A stretch of DNA of 63,761 nucleotides, the filler included, from Octopus bimaculoides (taxonomy: Eukaryota): NCBI RefSeq assembly GCF_001194135.2. It is 3 parts of 3 records of this genome, joined end to end, with 100 filler letters (N's around TTAATTAATTAA, not from the genome) between each part and the next. Parts side by side here need not be neighbours in the genome. Positions count along the whole stretch, not along the records: positions 47,955 to 63,761 come from NC_069001.1; 2 more parts are not named here. One strand, 5' to 3'. Positions 63,582 through 63,761 of the stretch are shown here, one piece after another. A program made the position numbers and the translations under genes. Numbering within the stretch: the stretch's first letter is position 1; each line of letters opens with the position of its first letter. The notes below the pieces were generated by a model. That model saw nothing but the letters and a program-made list of their open reading frames with translations. It ran no database searches and was not told the DNA's origin.

Positions 63582-63761
63582 AGCTGTAAGGTGAATTCGG
63601 TATCGTATTGTTTTAGAAAACGTTTTTTTTCAAGCTCTGACCATTCGTCCAGCTCCTCCATATTGTTCTAATGAATAAAATTATGGCAAAGTGAAGAATG
63701 GCATTTCGAGGTTAATGTACCGCAATGACCCTCATCGCTGCGATCTATACATTTCGCTGTC

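Overview
Eukaryotic, AT-rich, draft-quality genomic DNA. It is most likely a coleoid cephalopod (Octopus-like); this is inferred from the tRNA-derived SINE families, the very high microsatellite density and the TE mix, not from a database search. About 18 N-gaps interrupt the window, mostly at microsatellite edges. Nearly all ORFs in the supplied track are artefacts of Ns or simple repeats. I found no confidently identifiable host protein-coding exon, and no rRNA, true tRNA or CRISPR array, so the window reads as intronic or intergenic. What can be supported is decayed mobile DNA: about 13 SINE copies or fragments, a full-length-sized mariner remnant with all three catalytic Asp lost, a mariner 5' fragment, a maT-like (DD37D) Tc1/mariner fragment, three Dong/R4-type RLE-LINE fragments in or beside (TAA)n, two RTE-LINE 3' ends and Penelope-like RT fragments. 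The best unexplained signals are: (i) a 53-nt hairpin at 63479-63531 that exactly covers a 9-nt AG...GTAAGT microexon candidate on the minus strand; (ii) an old inverted duplication (about 35.05-35.34 kb vs 38.72-39.0 kb) with a same-phase splice acceptor and a short conserved peptide; (iii) a ~190-nt foldback palindrome at 47271-47460; (iv) hammerhead-ribozyme-like motifs. None of these amounts to a demonstrated new biological system.
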